From assembly GCA_052327205.1 (NCBI GenBank), contig CM126204.1, positions 323,268,001 to 323,332,000 of the forward strand: 64,000 bases of DNA. Direction: 5' to 3'. The notes under the pieces are model-generated. The model made no database searches. It worked only from the letters and a program-made list of their open reading frames with translations, and was not told the origin of the DNA. The number at the start of each line of letters is the position of its first letter. The first letter of the stretch is position 1. Made by a program: the position numbers and the translations under genes. Origin of the DNA: Somniosus microcephalus (Eukaryota). Positions 38,760-52,921 of the stretch are shown here, piece after piece.

Positions 38760-40364
38760 GGCCCGGAATTTGCGGTGGGTAATAACAGCGAACGAACAGC
38801 ATTCACTGCTATTACCCCTTTGAAACTGACAGCAACCTCAGGATTTAGCGCATGTGCATCCTAACGCAGAAATCCTGAAGTGATGGTCAGTCATTCACTG
38901 CTCCGACACTGGCTGCAGTGTGACCCGCCTTCCTCCCTCCCCCCACATATCTGGCAATCTGTGTATTCGGGAATTCAGTGAAACTGATGAAAACTTCAGC
39001 ATTTCCTCGGTAATTTTGCTGTTAAATACCCCATTAAATGTTAGGTCTTGTTGAATTAGGTGTATCTGGGATTTTAACAGCGTATTGACTGCTAAACAAA
39101 CATTATGGGGTCGATTTTCATGGAGCCGTCAGGCGGGGTTTCAGGCGTGTGGGGGGGGGGAATCCCGAATTTGGGGGTCCCGACACCAAAACCCCGCTCC
39201 ACGCAACTTTCAGAGGCGGCGGGTACCCGCCCCGCAATGGGACCCGCCGACCCCAGGCGGGAAGGGATTAGTGCCAATTAACTGCCTGTTAACAGGCAGT
39301 TTTTAGCCTAATCCCTATTTTGAGGGGTTTCGTGTGGGTTTCCCGATGGCTCCAAACCACACCAGGTTAGAGCAGGCGGGCCGTCGGGTTGGAGGGGTCG
39401 CGATGTCGGCGCTCAAGTGAGTGATGGGTGCATGAGTGCAAAGGTAAGTGTGTTTGGTGTGTCTAAAGTGTGTAAAGAACTTTTACTTACCTGTACTTAC
39501 CTTAACAGCCTTTCTTCCTGCAGGCGTCAGGAGCCCATCACTTGGCCGGCACTTAAAGCTGAATGGCTGCGATCTGTGAAAAGTGACAGCCTTCAGCTTT
39601 GAGTGCTGCTGAGAGTTCTAACTGAGTCTATGCAGAAGGACTCAGGTTGGAACTCAGACTGTCAGTGTTTCACAGCTTGAAACAGCTGTGAAACACTGAT
39701 ATTTCATCTGTCAAGAACTCTTGACAGATGAAATTGCAGTCTGTGACGTCACCTGTTGCCGGGTGGCCCTTAATTGGCCTGCTGAGCCCGCTGGGCGGGC
39801 TCAACAAGGTCAATCAAGGGAAAATCACGCGGATTGGCCGGATGTCGATGTAGGCGGGTCAAAAACCCGAAAGTTGTAGTCCCGCCTTCTTCCCGACAGC
39901 TTCGGGAAAATCGACCCCTATGACTCTGCAAAACAAATTTAAATTTTGTTGGGTGTCAAATTTTTCCATTTTAATAAAGAAATTATAATTTTTAAGAAAC
40001 TTTAAAAAAATTATCTATTTTAAAAGTGTGTTTATCTTTATTTCAGGTTTACTTTTTCCCCATGTGAGAGCCCCAATCTTTGCTTTGCTCTCTATAACAT
40101 TTTTAAAAAGTTAGAATCAAAGGAGCTTACTCACTTCCTGGTTCACTGTCGGTGAGAATTCTGCATTGTGATTGGTTGCTTAGACAGCTTGTTGACCTCA
40201 CAACAGCTCGCGCTATGGAATTCCCACTAAACGACACTGATCTCAACTGCATGTTGAAAAAGCCAAACTTCTCGCCACAGAGATCACGAGATCTTTGTGA
40301 GAAGCTTTCTTCGGGGCCGGCGGGCGAACGCCTTTGCTTCGCCACTGACTGCAAATTACGGGCA
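38760..40364. mobile_element. Harbinger-like non-autonomous element (outer)
   Basis: TIR GGCCCGGAATTTGC / GCAAATTACGGGCA, TSD aat/aat. Confidence 0.7.
39107..39918. mobile_element. Harbinger-like MITE nested in 38760-40364
   Basis: Perfect 13-bp TIR GGGGTCGATTTTC / GAAAATCGACCCC, TSD tat/tat. Confidence 0.82.
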
Positions 40365-43159
40365 AATATTTTTTGTTGCTCCCCTCATCTGACAAACTGA
40401 GAGAGGCAAACTGGAAAGCCTGCTAATTCATGTCACAGGAAGGTTAAGTACTCCAGCACTTTTTCCCCATAATCCTTACTGTTACTGTTTTTAAAAAAAA
40501 ATCTTTAAGCTTCAGGATCACTATATTGGGAGGGTGCACTATTGGTTAGTTAATGACAATTTAAGATAAGATATTTTGATAGCATTCCTGGATTTTCCTT
40601 TAAATCATTTAAATTTGGATGGTTACTATTAAATGTGAATTTCCAGCAGCTCAAGGTTGCACGTCTGATGGCTGCATCTATATGAACCTTAAAATCATTC
40701 AATTCGGAAAGTATACCGATTCCCACTCTGTGGTTTCCTGCTGTATAATAACCATGGACACTTTTTGTAACAGCTTAGCTCATAATCATTTATTGTATAG
40801 CGAAATAAGAAATTTCCTGTCACCACAGCACCAAACTGTTGGAATAAAGATCGCAAAATATTGTCATAAATTTAGCACTGGCAGAATTATTTCTTCTTAA
40901 CAAGGACTTTAATTGGCTTTAATGAAGCTTCTGCTAAGACTTCTAACAAAAGTTTGTAATAATAAAGTTACAACATATCTCATTAATTTAAAGTGGTTGA
41001 GAGTCACATTGATTTCCCTTTAAATGAAACTTTTATTATCACAGAGTATGTATTTAAATAAAATCAAAATCTTTTTTCCCTCTTGTAGATTATTCAACAC
41101 TGCATTTTCCCTCGTTTGGGTGCCAATCTTTTCATAACACGCTGCTGATGCCCTTCGCATTATCCAGTAGGAAGTGTGATTTATGGGGAGGGGTAGTCAG
41201 AAGCTGCCAGATGGAAAAAGTTGCTATTGTCCAGCACTCTACACAGCTGAGAAATGAAGGTCACCCAAAGTAAGGCTCGCAAGTTTAAGCGACAGGCGTC
41301 ACCTGGGACTTAAACATGTGACCCAGTTGGGAGCGAAACTGTCTATTTATGTATGTCAGTCATTTATGAACAAACTACACTCTGTGCTCATCACTAAAAT
41401 ACCTGATTCTCCATGTCAGTTTGAGCTATATGTGCCTGATGAACAGCTGATATTGGACATGATAGAAAGAATTTAAGCTGGTCCAAATCGGCTTCCGGTG
41501 ATATTTATGATATGTTGCAGCCTGTATCACTATGATAGGTTGATAAGTTTTTAAAAATCTTTAAAAGTGTTGCGGTGTTAATATCTTACCACTAGATGTC
41601 CCCAGCACATTTAGTAAATATCACATTTTATTCACAAGGCATGTGCTAAAGACACAAGTTGCATACATTTGTGCTATTTCTTCACTACATCACCCATCAG
41701 CCACATTCTCATCTAGCTGAGTACCACAACTGGCAACTCCAACTGTTGGCCCTCATGAAAAATGGAATGTGCTTTACAGTGTTGGATGATTGATAGTGTC
41801 TCATTTCTGCATTGCAGTTCAAAATAACAATATTTATTGTTAAAAAAATAAAATGCTGAAATTGTAACTACTAGCATGCATCCCTTTTTGTCATCACCAA
41901 ATAATCGATTATTCACCCAGGCAACCTGCAACTGTTTGGCATTAAAAGATCTATTATTTGTGACACTCCTATAATACACTACAGCTGCAGAAGGACAGTA
42001 TTATTTGGTATCAGTGGTTCTGCACTTTCACTTACGCATGCAAGGGAGGTGTTTGGAAGTGAACAGCTCCACAGTATTTAAGAATAGTTTATTAAGCTGA
42101 ACTGCAGCCGTATGTAGAAGAGGGCTTGAGATTGACATGTTTGGGATTAGTTCGGCCCTACATTTTTCAGAGGTCGTCTCCATGGATCTCAGAGGCTGCG
42201 AAATAAATGGGCCTTGCTTTAGCAGCTGGCCAAAAGTATGAAACCAATACATAACATTTAATTCCACTGTCTGCATAGGGAGAACACCGATTATTCAGTT
42301 ATTTGATTAATACAGGAATGAGCTTCTACTTGACTAAAACTATTGTGGTCTATTAATCATTTGACCTCTATTTTGAATAAAAGGTTTTGGAAGGGAAAGA
42401 AAGAATAATTTACATTACAAAAATACTGCCTCGGTACATCCTGGAGATCAGACCAGCCCTAGGACTAGAGAAGAAGGAAATGTTAAATCAGTGGTTAAAG
42501 AAGAAGTATCACTGTCAAGGCTTCTTTTATAACTTAAACATTTACAAAGGATTATGATTACCCTTAGCATACTTTTCTCCCTGTTTGTTTCTGCTGATTA
42601 AAATATATACATCCATTTTTTGTTTAATTGGTGATAGCTGATGACATCACTGGGGAGAGGGGGTTGACAAGGAGCAGCTATTGGGTATGACCATTGCACA
42701 AGATTGTGGATTGATATGTTTGGTGAAGCATCCTGGGCTACTGAATGAATCTCTAATGTTGGTAATTCAGCTCTTTCACACTGTCAGCCATAATACCTCC
42801 AGTTGCCTTTATGATGTCATTATTTAAAACAAAAAATATTTGCTAAATCGTCAGCATAAATAACCAATCAATACTAATTGCAGTTCTTACTAATAGTTTA
42901 AAAAAAAAATTAGACTGTGAATGTTTTACTCTTTAAATACTAGATACAGAGTTGTGCAATTCCTGTTGTCCATATGTAGCAAAGAAAGTATTTATTTAGA
43001 GGATTAATGATAGGGAGTGATGATTTATTAAAGATTGTTGGAAAGTATCCAACCCATGTGCCCAGAGGACATGCGTGAGTTACTGGCTCCCTGGCATCAC
43101 AATAGTTTTATGTGAATGATTGGGAGCAGAGTGACAAGCATGATTCTAACACTCGCTGC

Positions 43160-43560
43160 TATGTTATGAGGATAGACTGACAGAATTTGACTTGTTCTCA
43201 TTGAAGAAAAAGATATGGCGTGATTCAGGTCTTTAAAATGCCGCAAGGTAGGGATAACGTGGATGTAAGCAGGTTATTTAACTTAAAATTTGATTGTAGG
43301 ACTAGAGCACACAAGTACAAAATTGGCAAGCCTCAAGCAAGACTAGAGATTAGAAGAAATTGTTTTTTCCCCATAGAGTTGTAGATATGTAGAACAGATT
43401 CCTATCAAAAGTAGTTAATGTTATGTTGATTAAATCCTTTAAAAAGACCAGAACAAAATATCTGGCTATGAAAGGGATTGAAGTTTGCAGCAATAAGTAT
43501 AGGCTCAGATAATACAAATTACAAGGAGTACTATGGGACAAGACTTCTTGGGACTAAAGG
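43160..43560 (+). mobile_element. Very old CR1 3' fragment
   Basis: Degenerate end of ORF2 (ttatgaggatagact...gactagagcacacaagtacaaaatt). Confidence 0.55.
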
Positions 43561-44744
43561 AACAGGTCAGAGCTTAAGAATGTTAGATGGATATCCTTGA
43601 GTTTTTGCTCAACAGCCTTTGGGCTCAAGAAGAGATTACACTGAAGTTTATTTTCATGGAAACGTTCTGAGTGGTTATTTGCCTCTCTCAGCAGATTGAA
43701 TAACTTAGGGAGAGAGCATGATTGTACAAGTTATTTGCAGCCCATTGGAAAGAGTGGGCTTAATGGAGCATATGGGCTTTTCTCATTTGGTATTTGCTTC
43801 TCACTTTTATTATGATTCTCACCCTAAGTGCTTTATTAATAAATAATAGACTGCCACTGGAATATTATTACTTTGTATATGTTACTATATCGCTGTATAC
43901 AGCTAATTGTGACTCCAAGTAGATGCATATTTGTTTCTGGTACAATTCTGGCACAAGTCAAGGTTTTCAATGTTACATTGCTATTTCCCAGTTGCTCTTA
44001 TTAAACAGAATGCTGACCCATTTCACAGTACAGTGTAACAATTATCCATGTTCTGAATATCCGGCACATTGAATGTTGCCTCTTTAGCTTAATTTCAACT
44101 GAGGCAAGTTAGAAATACACCATTCATACCTTAGTCCTTTCTAGAGAAACAGTAATTTATCGCAGTTCAGTTACAGTATAGATGATAAAACTAATCAAGG
44201 TATGAAGGTTGTGAAGCACTTTGGAACTCCAACGCATTATATTACTGAGCGGTAGAACTCTGCCTGCGCTTGAGATTTCCCCAAATGTTGAGTTCCAAAT
44301 TTCAACCATACTGATTTGGGGAAGTGCTGATCAGCAGGGAAGCCATGTGATAGCATGGAAATAAAGAACAACTATCAAAAAAGAGGCACAGAGAGACAAA
44401 AGTATGAAAGCTCTAAAAACGAGAAACAGCCAAAAGTACAAATACTTAAATTCTGCAAATATACAGCAGCTACCAATCTCAGACAGGTAGCTGCAGTGCA
44501 AGTACCAGGCAAGCAATTTATATTGGTTGGCTAGAATTCCCAATTCTCCTGCTCAAGAGAACTGTTGCATGTGTGGTTATAAACATAAGCGGAGCTCCTC
44601 TCTCAATAGTTAAAATTTAAAAGTTTAGTGCGCACAGGAAGCAATCCTCCCTGCTCTATAAACTTTCAAATTAACTCCAAATAGATTTGAAGAGTGTCCA
44701 GGCAGTTCACTCGACTTCCTGACCGCTTTTTGAACCAGTTTGAC

Positions 44745-45036
44745 ACCACACTTGAGTTACACTCCAATTTGGCCTCTTGCGCATCCCCGGTTGTAATTGC
44801 TCCACCATTGGCGGACATGCCTTCAGGCTGCCTAGGCTCTAATCGCTGGAATTCCCTCCCTGAACCTTTCTGCCTCTCTACCTCTCTCTCCTCCTTCAAG
44901 ATGCTTCTTAAAACATACCTCTCGCCTGTCCTTAAATCTCCTTACGTCACATTTTGTTTGATAATGTTCCTGTGAAGTGTCTTGGGATGTTTTACTATGT
45001 TAAAGGTGCTATATAAATGCAAGTCGTTGTTGTTGT
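44745..45036 (+). mobile_element. L2 LINE 3' end
   Basis: WNSLPEPFCLSTSLSSFKMLLKTYL, colinear with 4605-4935, same tail. Confidence 0.8.
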
Positions 45037-45687
45037 TACACTCCATGTAGTGTCAAGCCAAAGGGATTGAAGACTACCTTCTTTAGGGAGTTTCACGTCG
45101 CTTTTCACTGGATTTGGCTCATGCTCTGACTCCCATGGTGTACATTACAACTTTAGCATCACATCACAGCAGAAACTGCTTCATAGCAATGTTAGCATAG
45201 TAAGAGAAGGCGGGTAGAAAGGAGAAATAAAACCAATGATGTAGACCAGAGGATAAGCTAGTTATGTAAAGAATAGCAAAACATATATGTTGCCATGGCA
45301 TCCTAACTGATAACCTGAGCGTCTTTATAATGGTTGGGGTTGTATTGCTGCAATTCTCATGAAAGCTCTGAGAAATGTTAGAGTTTCTGTGCGGAGAAAA
45401 GAAGAATGACTACACAGAAGTGTGGACACTTCCTTCTGAGGAAGAGAAGCCGGTGCCCAGCACAATGGTTTGAGTTGATCAGAAGAGCTTGTGCCTGGGA
45501 CGTTGCCAGGATTCTTTGGATCTTGTTGCACTGGTGTCTGTGCTCCTTTAACAATATGAACTGTAATCGTATTTCAACAATATTAATATTTTCCAATGTC
45601 TTACATGGGGTTTTTCATATTCAATAAGTACAGAATGTTGTATTGCGACTGATGTTCTTTTGATGGATTTTTTTTCTCTCTCTACAG

Positions 45688-45783
45688 TCTGTTCTGCTAT
45701 CAGCACCAATTAAAAGGGAAGGGGAATCTCCTACAGCGTCGCCTCTCTCTGCAGATGACACTCATCATTCAGACAGATACCAG
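45688..45783 (+). CDS. RNF220: RNF220 internal coding exon (96 nt, phase 0/0), SVLLSAPIKREGESPTASPLSADDTHHSDRYQ
   Basis: Polypyrimidine tract plus tacag, donor CAG|gtggga. Peptide matches human SLLLSASIKREGESPTASPHSSATDDLHHSDRYQ (recalled). Confidence 0.95.
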
Positions 45784-46391
45784 GTGGGAAAGGGGGAAGA
45801 ACGGCATCCATTGACTGTTGTAAGAACCCAGGTGCAAAGTGATTTTTATGCATATCTGGACAGTGTTCCAACTATTTTTATTCTTTTAAAGGGGGAGAGA
45901 TATTACTATCAGGAAACCATTTCAAAAAGAATCTCATCAACAGGACGTAATTTATATAGAGAGTGTCACCAATAGGACTCGCTTTTCAATCAGGACTTCA
46001 TTTAAATGGGAAATCTCATCAGCAAGGCCCATTTAAAATAGGAATTCTCACTAGCAGGATCCCTTTTAAAAATCGAAGTCTTACAGTGAGTAATGATGGA
46101 AGGAGAAAGTGACCCTGGGGTGAGTACTCCGAATTCTGGGCAATGACCCCAATATGAGTCCCAGGCAATTATTATTTTTTCCAAAACAAAAAAAATCAAA
46201 ATAATGTCATTTGTCCTGAAATGTTGCAGAAACTTCACCGTGTTAGTCAAACAGCGCCCTTGAAGCAAGTCATTTCCTATCACTAGTAACAAATGAATGG
46301 TTTGTCATTAAACCAGTTTGTAGAAGGGCATGCTCGTCTACTTTCCAGGAGCTTTTACTTAAAAGTGGTAGGCCATTAAAATAAATGGCAT

Positions 46392-46495
46392 ATAAAAACA
46401 GAACATGCTGGAAATATTCAGCAGGTCAGGCAGCATCTGTGGCGAGAGAAACAGAGTTAACGTTTCAGGTCGATGGCCTTTCGTGAGAACTGGGA
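46392..46495 (-). mobile_element. Single-arm copy of the Penelope-pLTR-like repeat
   Basis: Homologous to the 7481 arm. Minus strand reads cagtt-CTCACGA-aaggccatcgacct-GAAAC-gtt-aact. Confidence 0.65.
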
Positions 46496-49400
46496 AAACA
46501 TGGCATGTTTTTAGTGGTAGAATTCCATTATTGGATAAATATATTCTAGCAAAAGCGTTTGTGAAACTGTTCATAATGTCATCCCCCAAAAAACCACAAT
46601 TTTCTTGGTATGTGAGTTGTAGGCATGTTATTAGCTTTCATTTAGCTTTAGTTTCTCATTTGATTTTTTTTTTCCCCCAAGAGCTGGCGATGGTAACCTT
46701 TTCAGAGATGTGTCAGCGAGAGCATAAGTGCCAAGGATCGCAGACACAGAATGCCTCACTCTGTGGAAAAAATTAGCTGGATAAAGATCAGGCGACTCCA
46801 GGGGGACCATTCATTTTGGTGCCTCAACAGGATGTGCTATGGCACAGTTGGATATGGATTTGGCCCCATGATTTCACATGCAGTGAGATTATCAGCTGGC
46901 CCATGCCATCATAGGTAGGGGTTTGGGAAAAATAGTATCTGTTACATCAATCATCCTCTGCTGCTTTGAGCCAATGGCTAACTTGATAGCAACATTGAGG
47001 ACTTGGGGAATGGGTTTCCTTGGCCGCCCTTGGGGGAAGCAAAAGAAGAAAAATAAAGGCGTTTTGCAGTCTAACTAAGATCCTTTTAACTGAAGGAATT
47101 TCTGGAATGGTTACAGATAGCATTTTTCCTATTTTTTGTTGCAATCTTATTAATCAACAGTAAAAAAACAAGTTATTCTAATAAAGACATTACGGGAAAG
47201 CCCAGTTGAGCTGACATAAAAGGCCTGTAAGCTTAAGAAGAGCAGGTCAATAAAAAGAGCTATTATAATTAAACCAAAGTGCTTTAACGTAGGCAGACTC
47301 CGGATATCAAATAACCAAAGTTTTCATGATTTTAATTATAGCATAAAGCTAGTTTAAAAACAAAATAATCTTTCAACATTTATTTTCCAATTTCTTCTCT
47401 TCTAAGGCTTTAACTTATGCTGAAGTATGTTTCCTCAGGCATCAATATAGCTCTCCACTATCTTGAACGAGGAACTATTCATTTGTTAACTCGGGAGGTG
47501 AGCTTTAGCAAGCTATTCAATCACAGGGACCATCATAGTCAAACCTGATCTGTTCTCAGCTGGAGTTCGCACACACACACTTTCCAGACGCTGGATAATG
47601 ATCAAGACCGGGAACCTGGGTTGATTTACCTTTCCATAGCTCGAGAGTCCTGAGACCAATTACAGTGCACCTACTGTTGCCACAGCTCATATCAGTTAAC
47701 TCAGCTCAAACCATGTTCTGTATGGCCCAGTACCATTCCAGATGGTGCATTTGCCAGCTCAGTCATTGGAGGAACACTGAAAAAAAAATAATAATCAGCA
47801 CAAATAATGACCATCAAGTGGATTATTTTGGTGGGCACAGAAGCTGTTCTATATGTCTAATTTTAGCACTTTCACAATGTGTGAACTATGTACATTTTTA
47901 TCTGAACAGTTTTAGCTGTCAAATAAAAATGAGAAAATAAAATGCCTCACAGTATGAGGCTGGAACATCACTAAATGCTAATTTTTCTGTTTGATTTCAA
48001 AAATAATGATTGTAACAGTAAGTTTAACATACTTTGCCCATTTTTTGCAATCAAGATTTTGAGTAAATGTTAGTCTCTATCCTTTGTGTACAGATTTATT
48101 CGTCCCTGTTGCATGTCATGAACGCTTAAAAAAAATGAACTCAATGTTGCTAAGAAGCATCTTTTCCTTTTGCTGTGCGTCTGATCTGTACGGAAACCCA
48201 TCACCATGTTTAAAAGTCTCCAGACCACTCTACTGAGAAATGCAGAGATACATAGATTCTGTTGCCTTATATGGAGTACACACACCCGACTTACCTAAGC
48301 TCAAAGATTTTAGGCGAAGGTTGGTAAAGCCAGGGCTGAGAGACCTCCAAGTGTGCACATGGGTACCGCTGGAGTTTAACCAACTAAAACCCATACAGCC
48401 TACCAGCTTCCTGCTGCTTCACCATTGGTTTGAAAAGTTATCTGGAGCTGAGCGAAAAGAATCCCAGGCCCAATGACAGGTCTACCCCTCCAGGGTCCAT
48501 TAATGAGCTGGATTGGCTGGTCAATTATCAACTGCCCTGAAGTACTGTGGGCCTGCCTGACTTAATATCAAGCTTACTGTGTGTGCCCCAGGGGTTTAAT
48601 TTGGTTCCGAACTTCCATTGCTGGGCAGATCATCTGGGAGTTACCTCAACACCAAAGAGATCTCATCGTGCAGCTACCTTGACCCAAAGCGACCCCGTTT
48701 AGCTCCCCCTGCACCCGCACCCCCCCCCCCCCGCCAACTTCCCACTCAAAACTAGGATAGTCAACCTAAGGGGCGTAACTCTATTGTATTGCCTAATTAG
48801 AGAAATTTAGAAAATGTTTAATTTTGCAAAAATGTGTTTTTATTTTTTTCTGTGTTATTGCACTTGCATTCTTCCGTGATTCTAAATTCAGTAAAGTGTC
48901 AATCTCTTAATGTGGAATCCTTTTGCTTTGTTTTTATTGAAGAAGATGATATAACATATAGTGTAAAACATGTGTTGGAGTGTAATGTAAATGTATAACA
49001 GGAGAAATAGGTAATTAATACTGGCACTGTCATTCATCCCTGAAACCAGACCTTGAGGGAGAAATTCCTTCTGTCAAAGGTTTTACTGGAGAGTCGATGT
49101 GAGTACAAAGTGGGAAATCCTGTTTTACACTCGTGACAATTTTTTGCTAAAAGTGAGGGGAGAAATTTCAATCCCTTTGTGTCTGAGCTGTGTTCCTTTG
49201 GTTACTTCATTTATAGAAAGAGTCAAGGAAGGACAGCAAGGATTATACTATGTTTTAAAACTATGGAGACAGGCTGAGAAAATTAAATATATTCTCATTG
49301 GAAAAAAGAAAATCATGATGAGAAGGGGAAGAGATCATGGCCAACATTTTGAAAATCAGGAGGGGAACAGGTGGGGGGAGAGGGGAGAGGGGATGTTGCG

Positions 49401-50251
49401 AAGCTATTTGCATTGAATCAAAATAGAAACTGAGGCTTGAATGTAAACGAATGTAGCCAAAACCTAAATGTCATTTAAGGAGTAAGCACTTTGCACTTTT
49501 AACGTATAGAACAGACTATCAAGTAACAAAGTGAATGTGGATTATGTTGAAGTATTTAAAAAAAAAAAGAAATGGACACATTCCTGAATAGAGCATCAGT
49601 CGCAGGATATGAGGAAGAGATAATCTATCTGACCAGATTCTGAACATCAAGTTAAAATGGTAAACTAGACGAGTTGAATGATCTTTTCTTTTTTCTACCA
49701 TCTTGTGTTCTTCTCTCTCGCTGTTCATAACTTAATCGGAAATTCCAGGAACATGTTGAAGCTTGTTACTATTGTCTTATTTTGTGAAATATACCTTATT
49801 TTCTGAATTTTGTGTAACTGGGAGATTTCTGTCTCTCACGTCATCATATTGAGGCTGCCATTACTTCTCTGAAGGTGCTGCTGCTGCTGTGTTTTTGCCA
49901 TGTGACTGGATGTAGTCAGAATTTCTAACTCAATGGCATTTCATGAGTGGCAACTCTATTCCACAACAATCACACATACAAACGTGCATACCATTGTCTG
50001 TTAACTGCATAATTCTGAATCATTTAGGTCACAGATGACAGTAGTGTGATTGTTCATGAATGTGGGTGTCAGCGTCAAATGTGGATGAGTTGGAAGATCT
50101 GACAGCCAGGCATTTTCTTATTGCAGCATTATGGTGGACGTACTCTTGATAATAAGGCCACTAAACAGGATTTACTGGAACGTAGTACACTATAAATTAC
50201 TAGGACCTTGGATACAGGTAATTGCTAAATTACAGTGAAAAGTACAATAGG

Positions 50252-50745
50252 ATGTCAAGGTCTTGGAGAGGGTGCAGACGACACTTACCAGAATGGTACC
50301 AGGGATGAGGGGCTTCAGTTATGTGGAGAGACTAGAAAATCTGGATTTGTTCTCCTTAGAGCAGAGAAGGTTAAGGGGAGATTTACTAGAGGTGTTAAAA
50401 ATTATGAGGGGCTTTAATAGAGTAAATAAGGGGAAACTGTTTCCACTGGCAGGAGGGTTCGTAACCAGAGGGCACAGATTTAAGATAGTTAGCAAAAGAA
50501 CCAGAGGGGAGATGAGTAGAATTATTTTTTTACACAGCAAGTTGTTATGATCTGGAATGCAATGATTAAAAGGGTAGTGAAAGCAGATTCAATAATAACT
50601 TTCAAAAGGGAATTGGATAAATACTTGAAATTTGCAGAGCTATGGGGAAAGGGCAGGGGTGTGGGACTAATTGGACAGCTCTTTCAAAGAGCCGGCACAG
50701 GCGCGATGGACTGAATGGCCTCCTTCTGTACTGTATGATTCTATA
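50252..50745 (+). mobile_element. CR1 LINE 3' end
   Basis: ERVQ..TRMVPGMRGFSYVERLENLDLFSLEQRRLRGDL, CR1 tail. Confidence 0.88.
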
Positions 50746-51494
50746 TTTCTACACAGTGAAAGGAAAAGCCTACGTGGCCTAATTGGTGTTTGAGTATCTC
50801 AGCAAGTGAATTATTGGATCCTCACTACTTCTAATTATAAATAGTTTGGATAATTGATGTTCTCCTGTAGTTGATGAAAATGTGTGTTTTACTGTGTTGT
50901 GCTATCATTAACCTCTCACATGCAGAAGAGACACAATGCCTAAGAATCTTCTCTCCACGAGGAACTGTTGACTCCGTGTTAAGCTCACCTGTTGTCTGCA
51001 ACCTTATTTTTGCATCGTTGTTCACTTTTAACAAGTTTATTCTTCAGGCTGATCCAGCATGAGTTTACTTAATAGAACTGTGATCCAAAACAAATAACTC
51101 TTAATTTATTTATTTTTTACTTTCTTATTATGCTTTAATACCATATATGTTGAAATGTTGCCCAATTGTCCATTATCAGGCAAAAATAATAATTATCTGC
51201 TGTTCAGTTGCTACTAAGAAGCCCCAACACCTTCTCAGAGCAACTAGGGATGGTCAATAAATGTGGCCTTGCCAACATCCTGAGAACAAACAAAAAAACA
51301 CTGATGCTTGTGGGTATTTTCCCTCTGCCACCATGGGCACATGCTGCTGAATTTGTGATTTTACAGGTATGCCTGCAAAACAATTACAGTACAGGGTAGT
51401 TTATGCTAAGTAGTATATAACATGGAAAGCCATTCCCAGCCTTGGAATACCTTCACATTGATGCAAAACTATTATTCTTCAAGTTCAGGTAGTG

Positions 51495-52921
51495 TGGAAG
51501 AACTAGCCGTGCCTCTAGCCAAACTGTTCCAGTACAGCTACAACACTGGCATCGACCTGACAAATTGAAAAATTGCCTAGGTACGTCCTATCCACAAAAA
51601 GCAGGACAAATCCAATCCAACCAATTACCGCCCCATTAGTTTACTCTCAATCATCAGCAAAGTGATGGAAGATATCGTCGACAGTGCTATCAAGTGGCAC
51701 TTAGTCACCAATAACCTGCTTACCGATGCTTAGTTTGGGTTCCACCAGGACCACTCGGCTTCAGATCTCATTGCAGCCTTGGTCCAAACATGGACAAAAG
51801 AGCTGAATTCCAGAGATGAGGTGAGAGTGACTGCCCTTGACATCGAGCATTTGACTGAGTCTGGCATCAAGGAGCCTTAGTAAAATTGAAATCAATGGGA
51901 ATCAGGGGGAAAACTCTCCACTGGCTGGAGTCCTACCTAGCACAAAGGAAGATGGTTGTGGTTGTTGGAGGTCAATCATCACAGGCCCAGGACATCGCTG
52001 CAGGAGTTCCTCAGGGCAGTGTCCTAGGCACCACCATCTTCATTAATGACCATCCCTCCATCATAAGGTCAGAAGTGGGGCTGTTTGCTGATGATTGCAG
52101 TGTTCAGTTCCATTCACAACTCCTCAGATAATGAAGCAGTCTGTGCCTGCATGCAGCAAGATCTGGACAACATTCAAGTAATATTCGTGCTACACAAGTG
52201 CCAGGCAATGACCATCTCCAACAAGAGAACGTCTAACCCATGACATTCAATGGCATTACCATCATCAAATCCCCCACCATCAACATCCTGGGGTCACCAT
52301 TGAGCAGAAATTTAACTGGACCAGCCACATAAATATTGTGGCTACAAGAGCATGTCAGAGGCTGGGTATTCTGCGGCAAGTGACTCACCTCCTGACTCCT
52401 CAAAGCCTTTCCACCATCTACAAGGCACAAGTCAGGAGTGTGATGGAATACTCTCTACTTGCCTGGATGAGCTCGACATCATCCAGGACAAAGCAGCCCG
52501 CTTGATTGGCACCCCATCTACCACCTTAAACATTCACTCCCTCCACCACCGGCGCACCGTGTACCATCCACAGGATGCACTGCAGCAACTCACCTAGGCT
52601 TCTTTGACAGCACCTCCCAAACCCACGACCTCTACTACCTAGAAGGACAAGGGCAGCAGGCGCATGGGAACACCATTACCTGCAAGTTCCCCTCCAAGTC
52701 ACACACCACCCTGACTTGGAAATATATTGCTGTTCCTTCTTCATCGCTGGGTCAAAATCCTGGAACTCCCTCCCTAACAGCACTGTGGGAGTGCCTTCAC
52801 CACACGGACTGCAGTGGTTCAAGAAGGCAGCTCACCACCAACTTCTCAAGGGCAATTAGGGATGGGCAATAAATGCTGGCTTTGCCAGCAATGCCCACAT
52901 CCTGTAAATGAATTTTAAAAA
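51495..52921 (+). mobile_element. CR1-group LINE, 5'-truncated, decayed RT
   Basis: NYRPISLLSIISKVME, AGVPQGSVLG and FADD motifs, complete 3' tail. Confidence 0.88.
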
